A DNA stretch of 64,000 bases from Octopus sinensis (lineage: Eukaryota): the NCBI RefSeq assembly GCF_006345805.1, contig NC_043015.1, forward strand, positions 40,672,001 to 40,736,000, read 5' to 3'. The translations under genes were made by a program, and so were the position numbers. The number at the start of each line of letters is the position of its first letter. Positions within the stretch are counted from its first letter, which is position 1. Of the stretch, positions 24,741 to 37,788 are shown piece by piece. Below the pieces are notes generated by a model. That model worked only from the letters and a program-made list of their open reading frames with translations, did not search any database and was not told the origin of the DNA.

Positions 24741-24989
24741 TCACCGTTCTAATTATCAGTATTAATACTAAATATACTGTGGAGTGGTTGGTGTTAGGAA
24801 GGGCATCCAGCCATAAAAATCCCTACCAAAACAGACACAGTAGCCTAGGGTAGAGTTTCTACCTGGCCGGCCCCTGTGATCCATCCTACCCATGCATGCA
24901 TGGAAGATGGATGTTAAATGGGAACTGAAAGGCGTTGCTCCAGCATGGCTGCAGTCAAATGACTTTAAAACAAAAGAATAACAGAATAT

Positions 24990-25385
24990 ACTCTTTTACT
25001 TGTTTCAGTCATTTGACTGCGGCCATGCTGGAGCACCGCCTTTGGTCGAGCAAATCGACCCTGGGACTTATTCTTTGTAAGCCCAGTCCTTATTCTATCA
25101 GTCTCTTTTGCCGAACTGCTAAGTGATGGGGACGTAAACACACCAGCACTTGTCAAGCAATGCTAGAGGGACAAACACAGACACACAAACATATACACAC
25201 ACACATATATACATATATATATATATACGACAGGCTTCTTTCAGTTTCTGTCTACCAAATCCACTCACAAGGCTTTGGTCGGCCCGAGGCTATAGTAGAA
25301 GACATTTGCCAAAGGTGCCACACAGTGGGACTGAACCCGGAACCATGTGGTTGGTTAGCAAGCTACTTACCACACAGCCACTCCT
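24990..25385 (-). mobile_element. SINE family A
   Basis: Reverse complement of the family A layout. Confidence 0.9.
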
Positions 25386-25677
25386 ACACACACAATCTTC
25401 ATAATAATAATAATAATAATATTGGTTTCAGATTTTGATACAAGGCCAGCAATTTCAGAGGCAGGGATAAATTGACCCCCATCAGCCGCAGTGCTCAACT
25501 GGTCCTTATTTCATCAATCAAATTCAGCAGAATCTGAACTTCAGAATGTAAAGAGGAATGAAATACCGTCAACAGTTCTGCCAGCTTTCCACCTTGTACT
25601 ACTACTACTACTACTACTACTACCACTACTACTACTACTGCTACTACTGCTACTACTACTACTACTACTACATCATC

Positions 25678-25727
<50 letters not shown>

Positions 25728-26365
25728 TAAGTTCAGTTTCCCATTTTGATGTGGGTCAGGTGAGGATTTTCCATGACCGGGTACCATTTCCGTTACCAAT
25801 CTCTCTCTCCCTCCCGCCCGGCACGCTTCCGAGTAAGGTAAATAACTAACCATTTCCCTTTATTCTAAGTCACCACAACCATACAAGCCAACACCAGGAG
25901 CACTACCACCACAAACGCAACAGCTGCCCATACCACCATACCAGCCACCACTATCTCTGCCGTCATTAAGTACCCTCCACCCCCACCTCACCTTGCCATT
26001 CACTGTTAAGGTTGCTGAAACCAATCAAAAGTGGAAATTAATTGCCATCCTTAAGTCATTGATGTTTACTTAACACCTTACTTTGATTAATCAACAGGTG
26101 AGCTTCAGAAATCTATAAACTTAGACATACATATTTATACACACAAATATAGATATATATATAAGCACACACACACACATATATATATATACATATGTAT
26201 ATGTGCATGCGTGTGTGTGTATATATATATATATATATACGCATACACTCTCTGTCTCTCTCTCCATATATATATATATATATTATATAAATATTAGGGA
26301 ATAAATCCAAATTTACAGGGAAAAAATTAGATTTAGGATTAAATCCAATTTTATAGTAAAATATT

Positions 26366-26606
26366 ATATAATATTAATTCGAGACAAAACGACTATTTTG
26401 CAAAACAAACAAGGAAAGACTTAATCAATACATAAAAATTTTAATATAAAATTAATAAACCGCCACTACAATCGTTTCATGTCTTCAAATGACATTTGAA
26501 GACATGAAACGATTGTAGTGGCGGTTTATTTCTTTATATTAAAAATTTTTATGTATTGATTAAGTCTTTCCTTGTTTGTTTTGCAAAATAGTTGTTTTGT
26601 CTCGAA

Positions 26607-26618
<12 letters not shown>
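26366..26618. repeat. Near-perfect palindrome with ~126-bp arms and a 1-nt centre at 26492
   Basis: ...CGCCACTACAATCGTTTCATGTCTTCAAATG-A-CATTTGAAGACATGAAACGATTGTAGTGGCG... Confidence 0.95.
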
Positions 26619-26653
<35 letters not shown>

Positions 26654-26656
<3 letters not shown>

Positions 26657-26740
26657 AAATAAGCAACAAGGATATCCAAGGTAGAGTAGTACAATTGTTT
26701 CATTCTACTCTACCTTGTATATCCTTGTTGCTTATTTTGA
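26654..26740. repeat. Second hairpin, 36-bp arms with one mismatch and a 15-nt loop
   Basis: TCAAAATAAGCAACAAGGATATCCAAGGTAGAGTAG / CTACTCTACCTTGTATATCCTTGTTGCTTATTTTGA. Confidence 0.9.
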
Positions 26741-26836
26741 CTATAATCACCCCATTTGATTTATATGGATTATACCATACAAAATACTGATGCCTTTAAC
26801 TTAAGTACCATATTCATCTGAATCTAAATTTTGCTG

Positions 26837-26872
<36 letters not shown>

Positions 26873-27172
26873 GCATATAAATGATGCCATGCACACACGC
26901 ACATACATATATATATATATATAGATGCACACACTCAAATATACATATACAGACACACACAGGTATATACATATATGGATACATACACACAGATATACAA
27001 CCACCCGCATTCTAAAAATAAATCCAGCTTTTTAATGTCTCTCTCTCTCTCCCTCCCACCCCAAATATACACCCACAGGTGCCTGTAGGTTCTACATTTT
27101 TAAATGACTTAAAATGAAATTAAAAATAACAATGCCAAATTTGGTTATAGCTCTTGTACCTTCAACACACCC

Positions 27173-27211
<39 letters not shown>

Positions 27212-27972
27212 AGGTGTGTATTTATATAAATATTATGTATGTGTGTATGCATGTGTGTGTGCATGTGTGAGTGTGTGCATGTGTGTGAGTGTGTGTGTGT
27301 GGTGTGTGTGTGTATGTGTGTGTGTGTGTATGTGTGTGTGTGTGTGAATTATCAGAATTGGTAGAGCACTGGATGAATCACGTGTGGCATTTAGTTACAT
27401 CCATTAATTTGAACATTCCAGGTTCAAATCCAACAAAAGCCATCCATTCTTCAGTTGTTCTGGGATTCATAAAATAAAGTACCAGTGACATACTGAGGGT
27501 CAATGTAACCGTTTATACATTCTTCCTTCATACCATTATGTAATAAATCTATGATCAGTGACATTCCAACTATGACCAACCTGCCTGTATATCAAGAAAC
27601 GGTTCTACTGTCACCTGTATCTCATTTTATATATTTAAGATAGCATGGAGTGAGTGAAGGAGATTTAGCTGTTGTTTCTAGCAATTTAAGTGGTTGGATT
27701 AGTACACCTTGGTGAGCCTTTAATTCTTGAGTTCAAATCCTGCTGGAGTTAACAGAATACTTGATCCTTCTAAGGTGCATGGCTTAGTGGTTAGGGTGTA
27801 CAGGTCATGGTTGTAAGGTAGTGAGTTTGATTCCTGGCAGTGATCACCGCTTCTTTACATCTATGGCCTTGATGATCAGCCTGACTTCTCAGGGTTAAAC
27901 AACAACAACACTATCAACACCTGAGGCCTATTTGTTCCCATACAAAACAGGTACCAGCAATGTTGTGTTGTG

Positions 27973-28298
27973 AAGGCGCATGGCTCAGTGGTTAGAGCAC
28001 CAGGCTTACAATCATGAGGAAGTGAGTTCAATTCCTGGACCAGGCGGTGTGTTGTGTTCTTGAGCAAGACACTTTATTTCATGTTGCTCCAGTTCACTCA
28101 TCTGTAGAAATGAGTTATGATGTCACAGGTGCCAAGCTGTATCGGCCCCTTTGCCTTTCCCTTGGACAACATCAGTGGCATGGATAGAGGAGGCTGGTAT
28201 GCACGGGTGACTGCTGGTCTTCTATAAACAGCCCCACCTGGAGTATAACTTTCTAGGTGCAATTCCAGGGTCTTTCACGACTGAAGGAGTCTTTACCC
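27973..28298 (+). mobile_element. CORE-type tRNA SINE family C (OR2-like); others at ~14280-14465 (-), 16555-16800 (-), 36800-37040 (+), 56310-56545 (-)
   Basis: Head GGCGCATGGCTCAGTGGTTAGAG, GAGTTCAATTCC, core GTGTTCTTGAGCAAGACACTTTATTTCA...CTCCAGT. Confidence 0.8.
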
Positions 28299-29776
28299 AA
28301 TATTGTGTCAACTGAACTACCTGGAAAAACTAACTTTGTGCTGATTGATAACGAATCAACGGCAGAGTTTGGATTGAGGTGTGAATGTTGTGTTGAATGT
28401 CTGATGGTAAGCTACAGGGTGGTATAGACATGTGGGAGAAACAGTGAATGTGAGAGAAACAAGGTGTGTTTAATGTCAACCTGTGTCATACATGAGCAAA
28501 CTTTCTCGAGAATCAGGTCACATGAGACATGACTCATCCTTGGGTGTGCTGCACCACTTAAAAGAGAAAATTCGAGTCAATTTTTTTGTCAGGTGTGCCA
28601 CTCGGGATGTTGCACAGGCTGCAGATTGTCCCATATGGACATGGAGCAGTGAATGTGGGAGATTTGTGGCAGTTGGACAGAAATGAGGCAAAGGTTGGTG
28701 ACAGGAAGGACATTTGTTTCAGAAAAGAATTACCACAATAAATTACATCTAACCCATGCAAACATGGAAAAATAGAGGATAAAACGATGGTGATGTTGGT
28801 GGATATATATCACTATCATCACCATCATCATCAGGAGATATGTATAGATATTTCTTTACTGCCCACAAGGGGCTAAACATAGAGGGGGCAAACAAGGACA
28901 GACAAATGGATTAAGTTGATTACATCGACCCTGACCCCAGTTCATAACAGGTACTTAATTTTTCGACCCCCCCACCCTGAAAGGATGGAAGGCAAAGTTG
29001 ACCTTGGTGGAATTTGAACTCAGAAGGTAATGGCTTCCTCAGGTGTGCTTGCTAATGTTTCTGCCAGCTGGAAGCCTTGAGAGGACAAACAAGGACAGAT
29101 AGGAGATATGTATATAGAGAGAAAAGGAGTGGTGTTTGTTTGTTTGTTTGTGGGGCCCCAACATCCATAAAAGAATTTGCCTTCTTAAATAAAACAAAAG
29201 AAAAAAAAAAAAGAAACTGAAATTGTATTATCATAGTTGGCCTGGTCAGCAATTACAGCCATCCCCAACACCACCACCACCACCACCACCACCACCACAA
29301 ACAACTACTGCTGCTACTACTGACCAGGACAGAGTGGCAGGTGTCAGTTTTGGCAGAGGTCAATGTTTCTTTAGATTGCTCAAGTGTGAATGACTGTTGT
29401 TAAGACAAAAGCCAAGCAGAAAGGTTGGTTATTATTTCGAGGGGAGGGGGACAGAGGTGACCAATGAAGCACTTGACTCCTCTTTAAACATTTTGGCAAA
29501 ACAAAACACTACACACAAACAAGAAACGGCTTTTGTTATCACATTGATTTTCTGTACATCAGTGTATGCCTGCCTGCCCCTGTGTGTGTGTATGCATGAG
29601 TGTCCATCCCTTGGCAGACCAATCAGTGCTTTCTTTTATTTACTAACAACTTAAAAGAAGAGAAGGACTCTTTACAAGAAAGCACCAGGTTTTTTGCTGA
29701 TGGAAAAGTTGGCAAAAGATATATACATGCAATATATATATATACATACATACATACATATATAATATATATATAT

Positions 29777-29989
29777 TCTTTTACTCTTTTACTTGTTTCA
29801 GTCATTTGACTGCGGCCATGCTGGAGCACTGCCTTTAGTCCAGCAAATCGATCCCAGGACTTATTCTTTTGTAAGTCCAGTACTTATTCTATCAGTCTCT
29901 TTTGCCGAACCGCTAAGTAACGGGGACATAAACACACCAGCATCGGTTGTCAAACAATGCTAGGGGGACAAACACAGACACACAAACAT

Positions 29990-30035
<46 letters not shown>

Positions 30036-30190
30036 TACGATGGGCTTCTTTCAGTTTCCGTCTACCAAATCCACTCACAAGGCTTTGGTCGGCCCGAGGC
30101 TATAGTAGAAGACACTTGCCCAAGGTGCCAAGCAGTGGGACTGAACCCGGAACCATGTGGTTGGTATACAAGCTACTTACCACACAGCCA
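29777..30190 (-). mobile_element. SINE family A
   Basis: Reverse complement of the family A layout. Confidence 0.9.
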
Positions 30191-30191
30191 C

Positions 30192-30223
<32 letters not shown>

Positions 30224-32890
30224 ATATATATATATGACATACACATGCATATATATGAATATATAAACAACGAGAAAGACAAATGGAAAACAGAACATAA
30301 AGAGCGACCCTTCATCAGTTGCTGGCTGCCTATCTATGAGTCTTCGAAGGCAGTTGCTCCCATAAATACCTCACCACACAGCCTTACCTCTACACACTCA
30401 CACACAGAGGCTTCCTCACAGTTTCTGTCTACCAAATCCACTCACAAGGCGTTGGTCATCGTAGGGCTAGAGTAGAAGGCACTTGCCCAAGGTGCCATGA
30501 AATGGGATTGAACACCCTGAACTGCAGGGTTGCATTCATAGAAACCAAAAGTGTCCCTTAACAATTTCTCCTTATCAATGCTTAAAATAAGGACCCTGCA
30601 AAGAGCAGCATGGAACCCTCATCTCAATCCACATATTTCCATCTGTAAATGAAAGCCAAACGTAACACCCTGTTATCATCATCATCAACAACAACACTTT
30701 TTTTTTTTTACCCTTCATCTTCAAAATGATTAACCAATTAGCTCAGCGCACCCAGATGTGTCACTATTACACCAAAGTACCACCCTGCCATAATAATACT
30801 ATATGACTAATTAAGGTATGGTATATAGTTTTAGGATGGAGCCTGGGTGGAATTGGTAGAGGAGAGGTAAAAAAAATACCTTCTAGTAATTACATCCCAT
30901 TACTTTCTGAGTTCGATTCCTGTCCTGTTCTACATACCTGAGTAGTATTGTAGCTTGAATCACTCTTGAGTTTTCGATATGAGTAGTACTCCAACATGAG
31001 TCATACTTGAGATTTAAATCAAAGTAGTACTCCAACATAGGCCAAATTTGAGTGTTTCTGAGCAGGACCTCAATGCAACTCACACATGAGCTTCTTATCT
31101 TGAGCAGAGCTTCAGCATGAGTGACACTTGAGTTCTGAAGTGTTTGGATGAGGTCAACTCAAAGAAGATATTTGCAAATTGTTGTATTACTCTTGAATAC
31201 TGTTCTGATGTCATATGGGCCGCGTATCTTTTGTATCTTTTCGGAGAGGCCTTTCCCATAGGGCAGACAGACTATAGGCATTTTATTGGTTTCCTCCTCT
31301 CTTTTCTTCATAATTAAATATAGAACTGAAATAAATTATTATATTTATAGAAGGAAGACTATCAAGGGGCACTGGAAGGATGCATGAGGGCCACATGCAG
31401 CCCTGGGGTCCACAATTGAGAGCCGCTTCTTCTTCAGTGATAACATATACACTACATGTTTACAACATGTAGGTCTTTCATTCATTTCAGTGAAGGAAAC
31501 ATGGTTAGGTAGTTCTAATTAGAGCAAGTTATTAGCAGATGAGTAAGTGACCAAATGACCGAGTGACCTAGTATACCAAGCTAACCAAATAACAGTTCTA
31601 CACCAGAAACGAGCAAGGAAGATGTCTAAATAAAGGAATGATGAAAAGAAAACAAAATAAAAAAAAAACCACCTCAACAATCTTGTTTTTCAAGATTCCA
31701 ATCCTTACCACATCACCAGCAGTGGTGGTCGTGGTTGTGGTGGTGGCAGTGATGGAGGTGGTAGGGGTGGTGGTGGCAATGGCAGCAATGGTGATGTCAT
31801 CATCACAATCATTACTGTTGCCACCTTCATGTGTCAGGGGAGGACACATTAGGTAATGTAGTCCTAGATATACTAGGCCCTGAATAAAAGAAGAGGCAGT
31901 TATGGCTGGAATGGCTTCAATCAAAGGTCAGCTAGAGCAAGGATGAATCAGGGTCAAAACATTCACAGCTATCATCATCATCATCATCATCAGTTTTGAC
32001 ACACACATGAGGTGACTATGGTGATAATGATTGTGATAGTGCTGTTGCTGTTGATGGTGATGACACCACCATCGCCACCACCACCACCAGTTAAGATCAA
32101 AAGCCATGAGAGCCACTGCCTGGTACTGCATCAGGGCATTTACTATTATGGCCAGTATAAATGGACCAATTCTGAGGTTTCACCTGTAATTGAAAAGGTA
32201 TCATAAAAGGAGAAAGGGGCTCTCTACCCACCTTTTGACCAGGACCCGTGGCTTTTATGGGTTTTTCCACGTGAGACCTTTTCTTTTTTTTGAAGCAGCG
32301 TCTCCTCTATTGGGAGTTTTTTCGTTGTTATATTGCTTTTTACTCGTTTTTTTTTTTTTCACAAACGGACAAAACCTTTTGTAACCTTTCATCCTGTTTT
32401 GTCCCTTTATGTTTTCCAATTATATTTGTCAGCCCTTGTGGCCAATAAAAAGAATTATTATTATTATTATATTATTATTATTATTATTATAAGGCTGCAA
32501 ACTGGCAGAACCGTTAGTACACTGGACAAAATGCTTAGTGGTATTTCACCCATCACTACAGTCTGAGTTCAAATTCCGGCGAGGTTGACTTTGATCTTCA
32601 TCCTTTTGGGGCCAATAAATTAAGTACCAGCTGGACACTGGATCTGATGTAATCAACTTCCCCTTCCCCTCAAAATTGCTGGTCTTATGCCAAAATTAGC
32701 ATTATTATTATTACTATTATTTTCACGATCTGAGTTCAAATTCTGCCGAGGTCAACTTTGCCTTTTATCTTTTCAAGGTCAATAAATTAAGTACCAGTAA
32801 AACACTGGGGATGATGTAATCAACTAATCTCCTTTCCCAAAATTTCAGGCCTTGTGACTTTAGTAGAAAGGATTATTATTATTATTATTT

Positions 32891-32923
<33 letters not shown>

Positions 32924-33989
32924 ATTATAAGGTGGCAAGCTGGCAGAATCATTAGCACACTGGACGAAATGCTTAGTGGTATTTCAGCCGCCACAATGCC
33001 CTGAGTTCAAATTTGCCTTTCATTCTTTCAGGGTTGATAAAATATTTTACCATTAAATTTTACAGCAACACATCATAGTTACAAGCTATAACCAGAATGG
33101 TTCTGGGTTCAATTCTACCACTGTTATTTTCTGGCAAAACAAGTCAACATGGTATGTAGCATAAATATTCAAACATTATCTTTCCAAATCTATACACCCT
33201 TCACTCTTAGATACACTTGTTTCAAAATACAATTCCTCCAGTTTAAATGACTTTTTACCTATATTAGAAAATTCTTTGTGGTTATGTATTTATGGATGTT
33301 CCGAATTCAAAGTAGACCTTCTCTTTAGTTTTGGCTGTAAATTTTTCATCTGAAGAATTCAACTTGTATGGCAGGAAAAATGGTAGACAGAACTCGGGAC
33401 AAGTGACTCAATATTGGCCAAATATCTTCTGAGGGAAATTTGGAAAACAGAAAATGTAATGTAAGTTCGTTATATCACAAGCTTATCTTCTTGTTAATCT
33501 GGTGCAATGTTTATCTGTCACACAATAGCTGTGACCTGCTTTATTCCCCAACACCGCCAACGAGAATAACAACAAGCACTCTGATCAGCTAGAAATAGCA
33601 GCTGAATCTCCTGCAAATCACACTCTTCTGTCCAAAGAAAAAGATGCTGTATTGGTCAATGAGGCCACTGGTATATAAATAAAGACAGGATGATCATGAC
33701 CATACTGGCTTTGCTCATAGGTTTGCCTAGGGCTAAAGAATAACAACGAGGCCAAGAGAATGTGTGGAAGGAAGGCAGGAGAGGTAGAAAGGTGTAACTT
33801 GAAGGAATGCGGAAGCCTCCCCTTCCTACCTGGCCCACCCACCCTCATTACTGAATAACAACAAGTCTGCAATAAGAGGGAGCAATTTGGTTGAGTACAA
33901 GCTTGTTAACCCACAGATATTAGGGTCAATTGAGAGCAAGTGACATTTCAGGTTGACTGGTGTCTGGGGCAAATATGTTAATTTGTGAC

Positions 33990-34230
33990 GGGAGGGGAGG
34001 GGAGGGGCGAGGGGGTGGGGGGTTATGAATAGGAGAATGATGTTTAAAGGGTTTGGGTGAGGGAGAGAGTTGTGGGAGTGAGGGATTAGGAGAGAGATGT
34101 GCGGGGGGGTTGTAGGGTGAGGAATTGAGAACCTGAGGGAGGGAGGGTGGGTGGGAGAAGATAGATGCCAGAAGATTGTGTGTGTGTGTGTGTGTGGCAG
34201 GGTGGGGGGATGTATCATTGTAAACAAGAG

Positions 34231-34261
<31 letters not shown>

Positions 34262-34510
34262 TCCATGTTTGGAAGGTGATGCAGGTAGGGGAGAGAGAGG
34301 GGGAGAAAGACAGAGAGAGGGAGAGAAAGAGAATGAGGGAAAGAGAGAAAGAGAATGAGAAGGAGAGAAAGTGGAGAGAGGAGAGGGAGAGAAAGTGGAG
34401 AGAGGAGAGGGAGAGAGAGAGAGAGAGAAAGAGGAGTGAGAGAGAGAGAGAGAGCATGTGGGAGAGAGAGAGAGAGAGTGTGTGATGTAAAGAGAAAGAG
34501 AGAGAGTAAC
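33990..34510. repeat. Purine-rich (GA)n low-complexity tract
   Basis: (GA)n and GAGAAA repeats with G runs. Confidence 0.85.
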
Positions 34511-34800
34511 TGCTTTGTGCCTCTCCCCCATCCTCTCCACCCTCCCATATACTCTTCACTCTTGGAATTATCTCAGAATACAATTCCGCATCTCTCCTCC
34601 AACGAAGGGTCCAGCCCATAACTTCAGACTTCACATTATCATACGACCCCTTTTAACAGATTTTAGAAAATGCTTTGATGTCATTCATTTATGGATCTTT
34701 ATGTTCTGAGTTCAAATCTTGCTCAGATTAACTATGCTGTTCGTCCTTGTGGGGCTGACAAAATAAAGTACCAGCGAAATGCTGGGGTAGATTTAATAAT

Positions 34801-35168
34801 GCTGGAGCACCGCCTTTTAGTCGAGCAAATCGACCCCAGGACTTATTCTTTGTAAGCTTAGTACTTATTCTGTCGGTCTCTTTCGCCGAACCGCTAAGTT
34901 ACGGGGACATAAGCACATCAGCATTGGTTGTCAAGCAATGGTGGGGAGACAAACACAGACACGCAAACATATACACACACACACACACACACATACATAT
35001 ATACATATATAGGAAGGGCTTCTTTCAGTTTCCGTGTACCAAATCCACTCACAAGGCTTTGGTCGGCCCGAGGCTATAGTAGAAGACACTTGGCCAAGGT
35101 GCCATGCAGTGGGACTGAACCCGGAACCATGTGGTTAGTAAGCAAGCTACTTACCACACAGCCACTCC
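34801..35168 (-). mobile_element. SINE family A, tail missing
   Basis: Reverse complement of the family A layout. Confidence 0.88.
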
Positions 35169-35289
35169 TTCGACTGGTACCAAATTCTAGTAGATTTTTT
35201 TTTGCCTTTTTTCTTCATCTTCATTTCTTTCAGCTTTCTCCTGCAGCAACCATTATCATCATCATCACCACCATTACCATTATCACAAC

Positions 35290-35327
<38 letters not shown>

Positions 35328-35696
35328 CCACACCACCACCACCACCACCACAAATACCATCATTGCTAAAAGCTTTTGCTGCGCCAATAAAGATTAGATT
35401 CCAAGGTTACTGTTGCTGCTGCCGACAACTCGTTAATACGAGGAGAATTCATTAAGGCTCGTTTAATGATAAATAAAATATTAGCTGATTGTCATCAAAT
35501 GTTAACACTGTCGCATCATCATCATCATCGACGTCATCGTTGCTTGCATGCGGCCACTACTGCTTCCACTGGCCGTGTCCCCCCCATAATTTCACTGAGG
35601 CACTTTAATTACATCGGACGCAGCTATAATAATAATTAGAGCAGATGCATGATGTGGGTTCAGAATGATGGACTTTTAGAGGAGCTTGTTTCACTG

Positions 35697-36345
35697 TAGG
35701 GGGTGGATGAGGGGTGGATGGGTGGATGAAGGGGTGGATGTGTGGATGAGAGGGTAGATGAGGAGTGGATGTGTAAAAGTGTGAATGAGGAGGTGGATGT
35801 ATGGATGAAGGGATGGTTGTGTGGATGAGGGGATAGATGAAGGATGGATGGGTGGTGGGTAGGGGGATGAAGGGGTGGATGGGTAGATGAGGCCGTGGAT
35901 GGGTGGATGTGAAGGTGGATGCATGGATGAGGAGGTAGATGAGGCAGTGGATGGGTTGATGAAGGGGTGGATGGGTGGGTGGGAGGGTAGATGGACAAAT
36001 AGGTGGATGGATGGGGAGGGGTGGATAGGAACCGGATGGATGAATTTGGATGAATGAATGGGTGGGAGAGTGGGTGGACTGACAAGCTGATGGATGGATA
36101 GATGGGTGGGTGGAGGGGTGGACGGGCGAGCGATTGGTGCATGGGAGGATGTTGGATGAATGGGTAAGTGGGTGGATGGATGGGTAGAAATTGGATGGAT
36201 AGATCTGAATGGATTGATGGATGCATAGGTGGATAGGAAATGGATGGATTGGTGGATGGGAGGCTGGGTGGAGGTGTAGATGGAGTGGTGGAGTGTGGAT
36301 GCATGGGCAGAAATGTGGATTTTAGAGGGGGATGCATGGATGGAT
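35697..36345. repeat. Degenerate (GGAT)n / GGGGTGGATG G-rich satellite
   Basis: Visible strand-biased repeat; it produces the His/Pro-rich false ORFs. Confidence 0.9.
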
Positions 36346-37750
36346 GCAGAAGTGGTCAAGCTGGTTGAGTGGCCAGACTGCTTCTCAAACACTGGTCAGA
36401 TGTTCAAATCTCACCAACAGCAGGCTCTATGCAATGTCCTGAGCAAACGAAACAAACTCATTAACGCTCCGTAACTCAGACCACCTGGCTGTAAAAGGGG
36501 ACCCAAGGGGTGAGGGGAAATGGGTGGAGGAGGAGTACGGGTAGTGTTGGGAGCAGAAACAGCTGTAAGCCGATGAAGTACATTACTTAATTTCTTATTC
36601 CTTTGTCATTTATCTAATTTCTCATTACTGCCCTCTACCCAATTACTATTTTGTTCTGAAGCATGTCCATGCTCGGGGCTAACATCAGCTTTTTAGTATT
36701 GTTATGGTTAAGCATATAATAAACATGTGTGCGTGTGTGTGTGTATTCCTGTTTGACAACTGGTGTTGGTTTGTTTACATCCCCATAACTAAGAGGTTAT
36801 GGAGGCGCATGGCTTGGTGGTTAGGGTGTTGGACCCAAGATTATAAGATTGTAGTTTCAATTCCTGAGCAAAACACTTCATTTCACATTGCTGTGGAGAT
36901 GCATGGCTTAGTGATTAGGGTGTTGGACTCATGATCGTAAGATTGTGGTTTCGATTCCTGGACTAGGCAATGTGTTGTGTTCTTGAACAAAACACTTCAT
37001 TTCACGTTGCTCCAGTCCACTCAGCTGTAGGAATGAGTTTAGCCTGGAGAGGGATGGGCTCCGTCAGGCTTCCTCACCCTACATACACTGCATGGCTGTA
37101 GTGTCCCAACGACCCCCCCCCCAAGGGGTTAAGGGACTTGTCAACTTGGAGGTTTGGCAAAAGACACCAACAGAATAAGACCAAAAATAAGTATGGGGTG
37201 TCGATTTTTTTGACTAAAAACCCTTCTGGGCAATGCCCCAGCATGGCCACAGTCTAATGACTGAAACAAGTAAAAGACGAAAAGAAAATATTTATCTGAA
37301 TGGAACTTTCTGGAAAACAACGAGGAGGGAGGAAGAAGAGAGAAGAAGAAGAAGAAGAAGAAGAAGAAGAAGAGAAGAAGAAGAATTGGAAGAAGAAGAA
37401 GAAGAGCAGCAGCAAACGAGACCAATTGATGGCATCTGGAATGTCCATGTCCGATGTAACGTTGTTCATGTAGCAAAGATTATCCGCGGAGATAATTCAG
37501 ACAACAATAAGGATGCGGGGGGGGGGGGTGCGGGTGAGAGGGAGAGAGATGAAAAGAAGAAGAAAAAGAAGAAGAAGAAGAAATCGAATGAAATTGGAAG
37601 TGAACGAAGAATGCCTGTATATATCCTGGTGGGTCTCGTTAAAAATAATTTAGCTAAACACATCCTCGTTAGTGTCAGTCAACAGCTATGTGGAATATTT
37701 TTAGCACGATGTCGTACGTCTGATTACATAAAAATTGATGCCTATGTGCG

Positions 37751-37788
<38 letters not shown>

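Noticed and set aside
25150-25438. Recurrent ORFs such as RQASFSFRLPNPLTRLWSARGYSRRHLPKV
   Set aside because: Antisense reading of family A SINEs, not a protein family.
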